A stretch of 63,784 nt of DNA, filler included, from Craspedostauros australis (lineage: Eukaryota): the NCBI GenBank assembly GCA_030167865.1. It is 10 parts of 10 records of this genome, joined end to end, with 100 filler letters (N's around TTAATTAATTAA, not from the genome) between each part and the next. Parts side by side here need not be neighbours in the genome. Positions count along the whole stretch, not along the records: positions 46,087 to 50,058 come from JALAGF010000732.1; positions 50,159 to 62,551 come from JALAGF010000733.1; 8 more parts are not named here. The stretch is one strand, 5' to 3'. The notes under the pieces were generated by a model. The model ran no database searches, was not told the DNA's origin, and saw nothing but the letters and a program-made list of their open reading frames with translations. The position numbers and the translations under genes are program-made. Shown in pieces: positions 49,001 through 60,690 of the stretch (position 1 is the first letter of the stretch; the number at the start of each line of letters is the position of its first letter).

Positions 49001-50058
49001 GGCACGTTCACGGAGTTCCTGGGAATATCACTGCACCGAGACCCCAAAAACAACACCATCCACCTCAAGCAGACCGGGTTAATCAACAAGATCATCGAGG
49101 CCACCGGTATGCAGCACTGCAAACCCAACGTGACACCAACAACACAACTCGCCCTCGGCGCCTCAACCGACCAACCGCCAATGAAGGAAGCATGGAACTA
49201 TCGCTCCATCGTCGGCATGCTGCTCTACTTGACTACGAACACACGCCCCGACCTGGCCTTCGCCGTTTCCCAAGTGGCCCGATTCAGCAACGATCCCCGC
49301 CAACCGCACGCAAAGGCCATCAAGATGATCGTGCGATATCTTCGCCACACAAGCACCATGGGCACCATCGTACGACCAACAGGCCAACTCAACCTGGAAT
49401 GCTACGTCGACGCCGACTTTGCAGGTCTGTACAAGCGCGAATCCGACGATTCTCCCAATGCGGTACGCTCACGTACCGGCTACGTCATCATCCTCGGTGG
49501 CTGCCCGCTCGTGTGGAAATCGAAGCTGCAGACGGAAATCGCCTTGTCAACTATGGAATCGGAATACGCCGCGCTGTCTCTTGCCATGCGCGCCCTCATC
49601 CCTATGCAACAGCTTATCAACGAAGTGAACGCATCAACCAACCTCAACCAACCGCTGCAAACAAACATCCAATGCACCGTCTTTGAGGATAATGAGGCGT
49701 GCATCTCACTGGCAACAAACCACAAGGTCACGGCGCGAACCAAACACTTTCTCACCAAGTGGCACTTCTTCTGGCACTGGGTCAAGGAAGGCTTCATTCG
49801 AATCCTACACGTACCAACACCACATCAGGTCGCTGACATCTTCACCAAGGGCCTTGCGCGGGATGCATTCGAGCACCTGCGAAGGATGCTCATGGGATGG
49901 TGATGGCGCCACAAAATGTGAACTGTTGATCGAACGATGGAGGTTTTTACACCGGGGACATGCTTCGTACTACGCCGAGAGGGAGAGTTGGGACAGACTA
50001 GCTCCGGGACTGACTCGGGACCTGACTGTCCATTCCGCGTACGCAGTATTCGGTACCC
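46087..50058 (+). mobile_element. pol: Ty1/copia element 2: pol (frame open from the gap to stop at 49903), PPT and start of the 3' LTR
   Basis: Integrase HHHNGVAERSIRT; RT VLYVDDAG; RNase H CYVDADFAG...VADIFTKGL...LRRMLMGW*. Purine tract GAGAGGGAGAG at 49977-49987, then T and TGGGAC from 49989. Confidence 0.95.
49977..49987 (+). other. Polypurine tract of copia element 2
   Basis: An 11-nt pure purine run 74 nt after the pol stop, one base before a TG. Confidence 0.7.
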
Positions 50059-50394
50059 NNNNNNNNNNNNNNNNNNNNNNNNNNNNNNNNNNNNNNNNNN
50101 NNTTAATTAATTAANNNNNNNNNNNNNNNNNNNNNNNNNNNNNNNNNNNNNNNNNNNNCAAGATCCAAGTCTGTCCTGATTGGGCAGATTGGTCCATCTT
50201 GGCAAGAAATCAATTTCCGCGACATTTTGGAACTGTGTTTGACGGGAAAACGATTCCTGCGACGCGAAATGCGACACAAATTTGACACAACGGATTTTCG
50301 ACCAAAATTTCCGTTCGGAACGGAAAAGGTAAGAAAAGTGGAGATTTCTGATTGGTCGACGGGTGTCGCTATTGTTAGAGATTTAGCGTGCGCT

Positions 50395-53300
50395 AATACG
50401 TGTTGTTGGGAACGGAGGTCGAACATGATGGAGCACGAAGTGCCCCTTGCATCCTTGAACGACCCGTCGCTCACCACCACCAGCTTGTGGTGTCTCGCCG
50501 CCTCCAGCATCTGGCCAAAATCGGAATCCCCTCCGAGGTCTTCCACCGGATCGTAGCTCGATGGCTGTGCATCAGGCTCGCGATGTAGACCGATCCTTCG
50601 GTCCCAAGTGATCCCTTGTTCGGTAATAACGACCGACACTCGATGCATTAGCTCCGGGAGAACCTGGACGGATCCTTGTAGCCGGTACTTGGCCTGCCTT
50701 GTCCGACGTCGGGTCACCAGTACAAACACCCGTACAGGGTCCGAATATGCGTCGTAAATCTCCTCAGTCAAGGCTGCCTTCCACCACTGCCACGATCCAT
50801 CGTCCTCGAACCACTTCCTGAGAGGGCTCTGGAGCATGCGTCCTCGGTAACACAAGGACTTGCACCACCTCCGCCACTCTTTCCACCATCCACTGGGCAG
50901 CCGATCCGGCCATCGAGCCCACAGCTGTCCTCGGACTGGAACGTCTTGACCTTCCATGGCCCCGACCACCAGCGCAGATCCCGCGGCAGTAACAATGTCG
51001 GACATTCGTGCGACCCCGAGCTGTCGTCGGCACATGTTCAGGTGATAGAGCGTGGCGCCTTTCACCCCCGCACGCAGCCACATCAGGACGAGGAACTCGT
51101 CCCCGTCACGCTGTAGGGCAATCGATTCCGTGGTCTCAATGACTCCGATCCCTGTGTCCTGGAGTTGTTGCCACAGACCTTTAACCCAGCAGGGCGTCAC
51201 GCACTGGTGCAGTTGGTCGAACGGTTGTGAGAACAGAGAACCTCCGATACCCAGCTCTGCCTTGATCGCCTGTATGGAGCACACGAGCATTCGCCCTGTG
51301 GACGTGTCGCCATGCACCTCGTCGAAAAGCAATTGCAGTTGCTTGATCACTTGCCGGTGGACCGGATTTGGGACGCCCAATCCCCCGAGGGAGACTGGAG
51401 CGTACACCAAGTCTCGTGGGAACGTTCTTGCGCATCCCATCTTTGGGAGGGCCGCCAAGAGTGCTGGGGCCATGATGCGCCGCCACTGATGGCGCGTGAG
51501 TTGCGAAACTCCCATCACGTACTCAATGGACTTGATGAATCGCAGTGTGAGGGCCGACTTGGCGTCTGCCGGAGACAGTTGAGCGTGACGCATCCGTCCC
51601 GCGAAGTCCTCCGACTTCTTCCGCAGCACCTGGACCTGCTGGTCATCGACGCCGTCAAACGTCAGGAAAACGCCGAGGGTGAACAGAGGTTCGGTAATCG
51701 TCTTGCGAGGGATCGCGCTGTTGGCGCCGTCCCCATCTACGATGACGATTTCCTCTTGCTCATCCCCGTCGTCCCACGTCCACCGACCTTCCTCGAACCG
51801 TGGCCTCATGGACCACCACGCCGACTTCGAGGGAACAATAGCACCACCTGTAACCCTCAAGAGGCCGCTCCAGTCTTGCACCATCCGGGCGAAGCTCGCG
51901 GGGGTAGTGCTGTCCCAAATGCCGAGGGTCACCAGGTCGGTATCGTTCACAAAGGCCGATCCCAGTAAGTCAAATGCACCGGTCCCTTCGGGGTATTCGA
52001 TGGTCTGCTTGTGTCCCCGAAGCTTCATGGCTTTGAACATGACCGAGCTGATCACCGCCCATATGGCGGGCCCCGCTCCGTTGCCTTGTCCTATGCCGTG
52101 CATACTGCAATCCGGCCCGCTTTGATAGGACCTATTGGATACTCCAAAGGCCGTACTGATGCGGTGACTTGCGTCCCGTAGCGTTTGGAACATGCACCTC
52201 GTCGCCGCTGGATTGGCACCTGCCGCCATCATCGCGGTGGCCGCAAAGTTGGGCACGATACGGTCATAGCACAACTTGGCGTCGTTAGAACAGAACCATA
52301 TTGGCACTTTCTTTTGCTTGCCGATGTCGATCGTCAGCTGCTTGTTCAAGGCTGCGCTGATTGCTGATCGCCGCTTGCGACTCCCGAATTGGAAGTCCGA
52401 GAGCCACCCTTGCGCTTCCGCTGTGGCCATCATCTGTTTCCCCAGACGCTTATTGTTCAAGTTGAACTGTGAGTCCATCAGTTGTATAGTCCTCATTTTT
52501 TCAATGTTGAAAACTTGGGCCTTCTTCAGGATCTCCACATCCGTGATGCGCTGCCATTCTATCGGGGAGAAACCAGTCTGATATGGTATTTCCCGCATGG
52601 CCATGTCCACTTCGGAGAGGGTGGTGTCGTATGATGCCGCCTTGTAGTGGCCGAAATGGGGTCCACTAGGCTCGGAGTTGGTTAGCTCCGTCTGCTTGCG
52701 CCACGCTTTGACATGTTCTTTCACCGTCAACTCGTCCGTTTGGTACGACACTGGCTCCAAGGCCTGCATGAGACAGCTCCAGAGCGGGTGGTCGAATTGC
52801 GACCGGGAATCCCCTCGCAGAAGCTCCGTGGCCGTCGCCGGGTTCCAGATCTTGTCCATCACCTGCCGGCCTCTTCCTGTCATGCACGGGGTATCCTTGG
52901 CTTGCGAGAATCTGCGCTTGTTCTCAATGATGCACGCCTCCACAATTTCGTCTTGTTCCGTGCACTCGTGGATCGCTCCGTCTTCGTCTGTAAAGAGGAC
53001 CTTCGTAGTCATGGACTTGCCTCTACCGAATACTGCCCGGAGGCGTCCGGCCTGTTCACGTTGACGCTCCCGGTTCATGAGAGTCTTGATGGCTGTTTCA
53101 TACTCCTGCTCACGGCTGTCGTGCCGCTGTCGGGCAAGTTCGACCAGGTGGTTGTGTCTGGCCTGCTTGTGCTCCTTCTTCAGCCGGTAGTAGGCTTTAT
53201 AGGCCTCTGCTTGGGCTTGTAAGGCCGCTTCCAAGGACTCCGCCCCCTCGCTACCGGCCTGTAGCCGAAGGCGAGCTCTGAGAGACGAGCTGGTCTTCAC

Positions 53301-54557
53301 TCCTCGCCAGTGTTTCACCTCAATGGACCAGTGCCGCACCTGGTGTCGGGCGGTCTGCATCTCGGGTGACCAGGCAACTTCTCCCATGGTCAACTTTCGA
53401 CTACGCTTTTCAGCATATCGTCTGATTTGGTAGATCTGGGTCATCAGCCCATCGAAGGCCCGTCTTTGGGCGGGGCTTATTTGCCATCCCTGTGCCTTGG
53501 CTTTGGTGAACAGATGCATGGCCCGCTGGTGCACGTTGTGTTTCCCGTACTCTTGAAGAACCATCTCGTTGTACCTGCGCACCACGTTGGGGTTGCTAAG
53601 CACCAGCCGTCTTGGCGAAGTGGATTTCACTCGTTGGACCCCAATCCCCAGTAACTGGCGAAAGCTGAGGTCCACCCAGATCGCCCTGTGGTCTGAGGGA
53701 ATGGCCTCGCCAAACCCTGAGTAGCCTGCGCGTACGATCTCGACACCTTCCGACACATAAATCGCGTCGATGGGCGTATTGGTTTGGTTCCGCTGTTGTG
53801 TGGCCCTTCTGGCGCCGTCACCGATGCGTTCCAGGACTGCGTTCTTCAGTCCGACGGCTGTAAGGGCCTGAGCTGTGCTCCCCTCATCCGTATCTTCGTT
53901 AAGATCAACTCCGAGAACTATCGAGTCACCTGACACCGTCCATTCTCTCACTTGATGTTGGAGATCCTTTATCCACGCTTCGTGTGGGTCCTCGGTTCTG
54001 CCTTGAGCTTGTAGTGCATGCGCTTGTTGGTTCCACACTGTGGTGTCCCCTGAGGTGGACTTGCAGGGCCTGTAGGCCGCAATTACTCTCACCGTCTTGT
54101 TCCGCTTGCCTTCCACTCTTGACCATGACCATCTCCCCAACCCCGTGGTGTCCACGCCGAAGTTGAATGTTCTTGCAGCCAGCTGTTCGGTCAGAACAAT
54201 GCCCGTGCCTCCGTAGAGACATGGTTCTCGGCCTGGCTCATGTAGGTTATACGAGAACACGTGTTTAGATCGCTTGACCTTCCCACGAACCCTTTCTTCC
54301 CATTGGTCGGCGGGCTGAACGTGGTTCCATCGCAGGTTGGTCTCCGCCATTGTCAGAACATCCAATTGGGACCGCCGTATGAATTCGATGATCTCCTCGT
54401 TCTTCTGTTGGTATGCGTGTTGAGGGATTTGAGACGCATTCTGGAAGACCACTCTGATTTCGTTGTCGGTCTTCGTGTTCATCACATCTCCGCAAGCATC
54501 GTTTAGCCTACTTGCTGACTCCTCTCTTGCCGTTTGGCCGGCTGCCGTCGCACTCAT
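50395..54557 (-). mobile_element. Non-LTR retrotransposon ORF2: APE endonuclease, RT and start of RNase H (Ambal-like diatom LINE)
   Basis: APE VFQN, MAETN, GVDLNE, PIDAIY, PSDHRAIW; RT MRTIQL, QFGSRK, SNDAKLCYDRI, GIGQGNGAGP, AFVNDTDL, TGGAIVPSKS, TLGV, APVSLGGLG; RNase H VVVSDGSFK. The clade name is from recollection of diatom APE-RT-RH elements. Confidence 0.9.
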
Positions 54558-54559
54558 GT

Positions 54560-54845
54560 TGGCTGTGTCGTCGTCGTTGACGTTGACGTTGTCGCTGTTG
54601 TAGTCGTTGTGACCGTGAAAGCCTCTGCTGGTGCCGTTGCAGTAGCTGTTGCCTTGGCTATTGCTGCTGTTATCGCTGTGGCTATTGCTGTCGCCGTTGC
54701 GCTTGGTTGTTGTTGTTGTTGTTGTTGTTGTCGTTGTTGTTGTTGCTGTTGCTGTTGCTGTTGTTATTGATGCTGTTATTGTTGTTGTTGCCGTTGCTGT
54801 TACGGTTGGTGAAGTTATCGTCGTTGATGGCGTTGTTGTGATTAC
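54560..54845. repeat. Degenerate (TTG/CAA)n trinucleotide tract between LINE ORF1 and ORF2
   Basis: Runs of gttgttgtt/gttgct, purest at about 54706-54770. Confidence 0.85.
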
Positions 54846-55171
54846 TGCTTTTTTGACACCACGCTTTCACTGTCGCCGATGTCGTAGTCTTTGCTGCCGT
54901 TTTTGCCGTTGTCGACTTTCCCTCTCCTCCCCCCTTTTTTATCGTTGTTGTGTTGTTGCTGTCGCGCGCTTGCCGTGTGTTTTCGATGCTGTGATCTTTG
55001 GTATGGTGGTTGCGGCAGTCTCTGATTAGTTGGACTTTGTTGTGTCGGAACCTTTGGTTGCTATAGTCTTTCGTTAGTGATCCCGTCGGATCTCTCGCCT
55101 TTTTGCTGGCGATCCGTCTGCGGTCGCTCCTTACTCTCGCGGGTAAGGTGCGTCCTCCGTTCCTTCGCCGA

Positions 55172-57502
55172 CTATGCTTGGATTGTGGCCTCGCCACCGC
55201 TGTCAGATTTGTCGGAACTCGTGTCCATGTTATCGCTGCTTTTTCCGACCGCGTCGTCGTTTGATTGGGAGTCGTCAGCGCTTGGCTGTTCATCACCTTC
55301 CTCCTCTTCCGCAATTGGTTGGGGGTGGTCCACGTCGAAGTCGGTCTTGGCCGTGGGGTCTGACACGAATGCGTCTGGGTTGTCGTTCTTGTTCGTAGCT
55401 GCCTTCGATATGGCTTGGGCCACGTGACTCGCCTGTTGAGCTGGGGAAGCTGTGGCGAAAGTGCCCACAGTGTAATTGTCCCCGTTCTGTGTTCTTGGGT
55501 TTGTCGTGAGTTCCACTTCGAAATGGAGAAGCGGGACGGGCTTCATCTTGCCTGCCTCGTCTACGTATCCTTCCCATCCCATCTCAGCCAGAGTCATGCC
55601 TGCGGCCTCTTCAGCATCCAGGTCCAAGAATCTGGGACCGGCTTGCACCATTTGTCCCATTTCTTGTTCCTCCTTACTGAGGACGAGCCCCGTCTCCCAG
55701 TCAACGTCATAGTGCTCGTTCTGAGCCCACGCATGGGGGGTGAACCATCCTTGGCAGCGGTAGTCCAATTTCTTGTAGCAGAAGAACGGCAGCTTCGAGA
55801 TCAGCTCCTGTGCTTCGACTCTTCGCTTCGGGTGGAAGACGAAGAAGGTCTGAGTCCAATCGCTTCTATCCTTATCGACAGACACGAAAAGGGAGTAGTC
55901 CGGGTCGTCGAACGACCTGAGATTCATGATCACTTTGCGGAGAGTCAATCTCCAGATGGGAATCTCCACATCCAACTGCATGATGGAGTGCACTCCTTGG
56001 ACCTTCATTTCTTTTTCGAACTCTTGTTGGTGGGCCGCCATCTTGCTCAGGCTGGCCAACTCGGATGGGGGATGCTCGAACCTGGCGTCCATCGCGTCCG
56101 GCATGAATCGCATCTGTTTGCCCAACAGTCGCACGGTCTCCGACCGGTTATTGAAGAGCTCCTTCATTGCGATTCGGCACATTTGTGTCTTCGAGGACCC
56201 GCTCATCACATGGGTGGCGCGTGGTCGACTGCGATAGTCACTTGTGTCCTTTGGACGGTTCCTTTTGTTGACCAGTTGAATCTCCTTCATTCGTAACTGG
56301 GCCTTGAAGTTCCCCTTCACCAGTTCGCTCGCGTTAATGACCTCTGCAAGATCGTCGTTGTTGGTAGTACTGTGACTCCCGAACAACCACCCTGCCGTCA
56401 CGATGTTGTGCTCTTGGATGTCTGACTTGGAGAACGTGATAGCTGCAGCCTGAAGAGTACCGTCGTCGTCGAATACTTCAACGTCGGCCTTGTGGGCCAC
56501 CCAGATCCTTGTGTACGTGCTGAATCCGGTGCGTGCGTACAAGCTCTCCGTAAACTGTTTAACCGTCTCGCGGGCGGTCCAAGGGACATCCTTGGACGTC
56601 CATGGTCGCATCTCCTTGCTCTTCCTCCAGGCCACAATCTGCGCTTTGGGATCAGCTCTGAAAATGAAGGCCCTTACTTCGTTGAGGCCATCGATGACTT
56701 GGTTGATTAGAAGGTCGTTGGACTCCCTCGCCATTGGCAGGCGGATGTCGAAAAAGGTCTTGTGGAATTCGCTTAGGACGTCATTCACACTGAGGAGCTG
56801 TGCTGGCTTAGGCGCTTTCCTTGGAAATGCCACGACCTTGCGTCTTGGTTTGCGTTGCTTCTTCTTTTTCTTTGGGTTTGGGGAAGTAGTCGTGTCTTCT
56901 TCTCCGTCGAACTCGATGCCCTTGGAGCGCATGAACACAATCCGAGCTGCCACCCATGCTGCCGTCTCGTGCGTAGACTTGATGCTTCCGGCTTCCCACA
57001 GTCTGGGGAAGATGTTGGGTGTTGCCACCAGCCGCACCATGAGTTCCACGATGTTGATGTTGTTTTCTGGGTGGAGCTTATTGTCATACGCGTCTTGGAA
57101 TGCGTCGATCCACTCTTCGAGGGTCACGCCACGGTTGATGTCTTGTGCACCTTCCTTGAGATGGGCAATGGTTTCATCGAGTGCCCCTTCCTCGCCNGTA
57201 GCCGTAGTGAAGGGTTCGGCGTCGCGCGTCAAAAGATTTCGTTCGAGGAGAATGTCCCCCCACGATTTCTCATGGTCATGGCTCCAAATCCAACGGATGT
57301 CACCCGACTTGGTGTCGTTTTTTGCTCCCTTTTTCCTGCTCGCTTCTCTGGCCTGTTTCCGGCCTCCTCCTCCATGCCCCGCCGCGGCCTTGGTACCATT
57401 GTGACGGCCTCCTCGTCTTGATCGTCCCTGTGCCCTCTGCTGACCTCGGGGGTGCGTTGGGCTGGCTCCACTGGAGCTGTTTGTTGCGTCGGTGCGCACC
57501 AT
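55172..57502 (-). mobile_element. ORF1 of the LINE (about 776 aa)
   Basis: A long ORF upstream of and co-directional with ORF2. ATG at 57502 (MVRTDATN), basic RG-rich N-terminus, NLS-like PKKKKKQRKPRRK, acidic tail. Confidence 0.75.
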
Positions 57503-57588
57503 GGTCGATGTTTTTTCTGCGGTAGTAATTGTACACGTTCTACGTAAATTTTTTAGTACCGGTCCTACGTACGTCTTCTCGGTGGAAG

Positions 57589-57708
57589 AGGGAATCCACG
57601 ACAATTCCTTGCTGTTCCAACAATACCCACTCCCATCTCCCTTGACTTCTCAATGACGGTCTTTGTAGTGAATAGATTGTCCATGGCGATGACATGCTTG
57701 TGTGCAGG
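57589..57708 (-). pseudogene. piggyBac-like transposase relic
   Basis: HVIAMDNLFTTKTVIEKSREMGVGIVGTARNCRGFP matches the piggyBac second-Asp motif DNxFT...G(I/V)xxxGTxR. Confidence 0.7.
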
Positions 57709-58496
57709 TGTTGGAAATCCGGGGTTATAGTATAGTCTAATGCTTATTAAACTGTACCGTTTTAGAACTGTGAGAACAACACATGCATTTCTTGAATCCT
57801 CGACTCGTTTGCCCACGATGATGCTGATCGCCTCCTGTAGTTGCTCCTCACAATCATCATAGCAAACCCTCTCCATCATGCGCATCTCATTGCTCATGAC
57901 AAGTGCATTTCATCATGCTCGTCTGTCGAGATGTCCTCCTACACTCCTGAGATACATGCATGCCGATGCTCGATTCACTCTCTTCTCATCAGACATCCAT
58001 CACTCGTTCAGTGCACTCTTTTGTGTTGTTCACTCACTCTTCTCACATGTTCATTGACAATCACACTTGGTCAGAACATGGAGTTCTGGCACGATTGGTC
58101 CAGTCCTTCGATGATGTTCCAGTCCACACTTTGTTCTCCTTCGCTGGTTCTCTGTCAGTCACGTAATCATGTTCTGGGTTCTGAGCGACTCAACTGTGAT
58201 AGCGTATTTGCATAGATGTTTCAGGTCAACTGGTCAGCCTTCGTGCTTGGAACACTTCGGTGTTCCAGTCTCCCTTTTTCATCCATCATTCGCCATGCCA
58301 GTTCGTCAATCACCTCAAAACATGTCACATCATTAGTCTATCCGTCGTCCGTCATACTCTTGACACACAGAGGAGGAGGTCCACAATCGACTTGGGAGTG
58401 TGTCCGACTTTGGTAGATCGGTCAGTCTATTTTGGTATTATGGGAGGTGCGGCAATCTAGGATAACAAGACATAGTCGCACCCTCGATTCCTGACA
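57709..58496. mobile_element. 788-bp LTR-like element with TG...CA ends and imperfect inverted termini
   Basis: Starts TGTTGGAAATCCGGGGT and ends ACCCTCGATTCCTGACA (12/17 inverted match). Related copies lie at 62652-63339 and from 63340. No target-site duplication seen. Confidence 0.6.
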
Positions 58497-58559
58497 CTTG
58501 GTGGGTGGCTTCTCCCTACTTTTCATGTCTCCTTGTTTTGTTCAGCATTCTTGCCCATC

Positions 58560-58964
58560 TCACTCTGGCTTGGAAAACGCCACCTTGCGGAAGGGTGCTT
58601 TGTGTGCTGCTTTCTTGTGTTTGGTGTCAGCTTCTTCGGGGGTTTTCCCGATCATTGAGAACAAATCAGCTCCAGCGTTGTCCACAACCTCACACTCCGC
58701 GAACATCGCGCACAACTTGTTCATGTGTTTGTCAATGTCAGGGTGTTGTTGCAGCATGGCCTCAGTGTATGATGACGGTTCGACCTTCATGGTGGCTGCC
58801 GAAATGCTATCCTTGTTGACACGAGCGTTGGTTGTGGTCCCATCACCATTGTCAACGATCACGTAGATCATTTTCGCCGTTTTCCCCTTTTCAACATCCA
58901 ACCATCCTTGCTTGCCCTCAAATGCACCCTTCACAAACTTGATCTCATTTCCCTTCTTTGCCAT
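58560..58964 (-). CDS. Small protein (134 aa) with a KOW/SH3-like N-terminus, divergent from the transposase
   Basis: MAKKGNEIKFVKGAFEGKQGWLDVEKGKTAKMIYVIVD resembles KOW (G-x-x-V-x-V-x-x-G-x-F-x-G-x-x-G). Helical C-terminus EAMLQQHPDIDKHMNKLCAMFAEC. Confidence 0.65.
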   Translation of the reverse strand: MAKKGNEIKFVKGAFEGKQGWLDVEKGKTAKMIYVIVDNGDGTTTNARVNKDSISAATMKVEPSSYTEAMLQQHPDIDKHMNKLCAMFAECEVVDNAGADLFSMIGKTPEEADTKHKKAAHKAPFRKVAFSKPE

Positions 58965-59510
58965 CTTGAATGAGAGTGCTTGCCTATCAGACTGTTCCTT
59001 ATTCTGGGTTATGTTGCTAATGTGAGATGAAAACAACATGAGCGCAAATGGTCCTCTCTCACGAGCTTGAGACCAGAGAGAACGTCAATCATGTGTTTCT
59101 GCACTGTGCATTGCCACAAAGAAAAAGAGCGAAAGGCAATCCGATTTGGAGTCGTCAAAACACCCTTGTGACATCGTGGTTATCGCAGGCATGCAAACCC
59201 ACGAACCCACAGTATAGTAGGACTACAGAGTGCGACACTAACAGCATCGGAATACTGTCCATAGAGTTGCATACTGGTGATACTCAAGTTGTCACACTCG
59301 ATCGCTGTTGACAAATCGTCTGATCTGGATGCTGAAATAACAACAAGAGCATGCAGTAGTGCGAGTTGCCAACAACAATGCTACTTGTGGCAAAGTGCAA
59401 CTGAATGATGTGTCCGCAGCACCTGCAAAACCAGGAACTACAATTCAGCAAGCCCCAAAGCTGAGAGTCAGGTATCATTTTGCGCCAACAGCATCCTATC
59501 CAAAGCCAGA

Positions 59511-60424
59511 ATGCTTGTACTTTCGCCATCAGATGTGCTGGAGCATGGCTTCGATGCTTGCGTTAGCCTTCGTCTGCTTTATGCCACGATGACAATGGAG
59601 CAGCAAAACGGAATGTTTCGCTCTCACTCTGGCTCTGCACCAGAGATCCTTGCGGACCTGTGGCATGGCATGAACGCCACAAGCATCAAAGCAGCAAAGG
59701 TTCCACCACAGCACAGTACCAACAAAGGCTTTCGAATGTTCCTAGCAGCAAACTATTTCTTGTGGGTATACCCAAAGAATGCAAGCATCCTTGCAGCATC
59801 CTTTGGGATCTGCTTGCAGCATGCCATGGAGCAGCACCTGTGGCAATGGATCCAACGAATTGCAGCAATGAAAGCAGAAGTCATTGTGTGGCCCTCCAGC
59901 CTCTCAAATGATCAAGCAGCTCCTTCATCGCCACTGTTGATGGGACCGATTTTCGTGTGTGGGAGAGAAAACATCCGACCCTGAATACAGACCCAGCACA
60001 GGGCTCCAAGATATTCAACCACGGAGCATTGAAGTACGAGATTGCGATGTCCGTGTACGACTCAAAATGCGTTTGGATCAGTGGGCCGCATCGAGGCGGC
60101 AAACACGACATGAAAAATTTTCGCGAGGGGTTGGTCGACACGATCCCGGCAGGGAAACTCGTCATTGCTGATTGTGGTTATGCCACAAGCCGTCCCAGTG
60201 AAGGAATGCTTTGCACGCCCAACGAATTCGACGAGCCAGAATTAGAGAACTTCAAGAGCCGGGCACGCCTCCGACACAAAACATTCAACGGAAGACTAAA
60301 ATTCTTCAGCGCTCTGGAACACACCTTCCGCCATGGGACAGACAAGCACAAGCACGTGTTTGAAGCAGTCTGTGTCATTGTGCAGTACCAAATGAATGGA
60401 GGAGCAGAACTATTTGAGGCTTGA
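59511..60424 (+). pseudogene. PIF/Harbinger-like DDE transposase, frameshifted and with catalytic Glu changed to Lys
   Basis: ORF 59511 shifts near 59922 into FIATVDGTDFRVWE...LKYEIAMSV...WISGPHRGGKHD...VIADCGY...RARLRHKTFNGRLKFF...FRH...FEAVCVIVQY. Confidence 0.82.
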
Positions 60425-60540
60425 GTTCTGGTGCCTGTTCTCACCAATTCTCTTGTCACCGAACTATCACAACAACATCATAGCAAAGTAGCAAGTCAAT
60501 AATCTGAAGAGAGCAACTGATTGACTACCCACTCTAATTT

Positions 60541-60690
60541 CCGTTGTCTACCTGTGTCTTGTTTTGTCTGGCTTTGTCTTGTTCTGTCTGACTTTGTCTG
60601 ACGCTTTCTGACTCTGTCTGATTTTGTCTCATTTTGTCTAATTCGGTCAAATTTTGTCTGACATTGTCCGACAATGTCTGACATTGTCCA
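60541..60690 (+). repeat. 15 degenerate copies of a 10-bp unit (consensus about A(T/C)TTTGTCTG)
   Basis: ccgttgtcta/cctgtgtctt/gttttgtctg/.../acattgtcca in exact 10-nt register. Confidence 0.85.

Noticed and set aside
42341..49903. Two copia elements as a true tandem array
   Set aside because: They lie on separate contigs joined by a spacer, so adjacency is unproven. They are too divergent to be alleles.
54534..55314. Poly-Cys, poly-Val and poly-Asn ORFs
   Set aside because: Translations of the (TTG/CAA)n tract.
58499..58517. TGGTGGGTGG... after the LTR-like CA as a primer-binding site
   Set aside because: Its complement does not resemble a tRNA 3' end that I recognise, and no gag follows.
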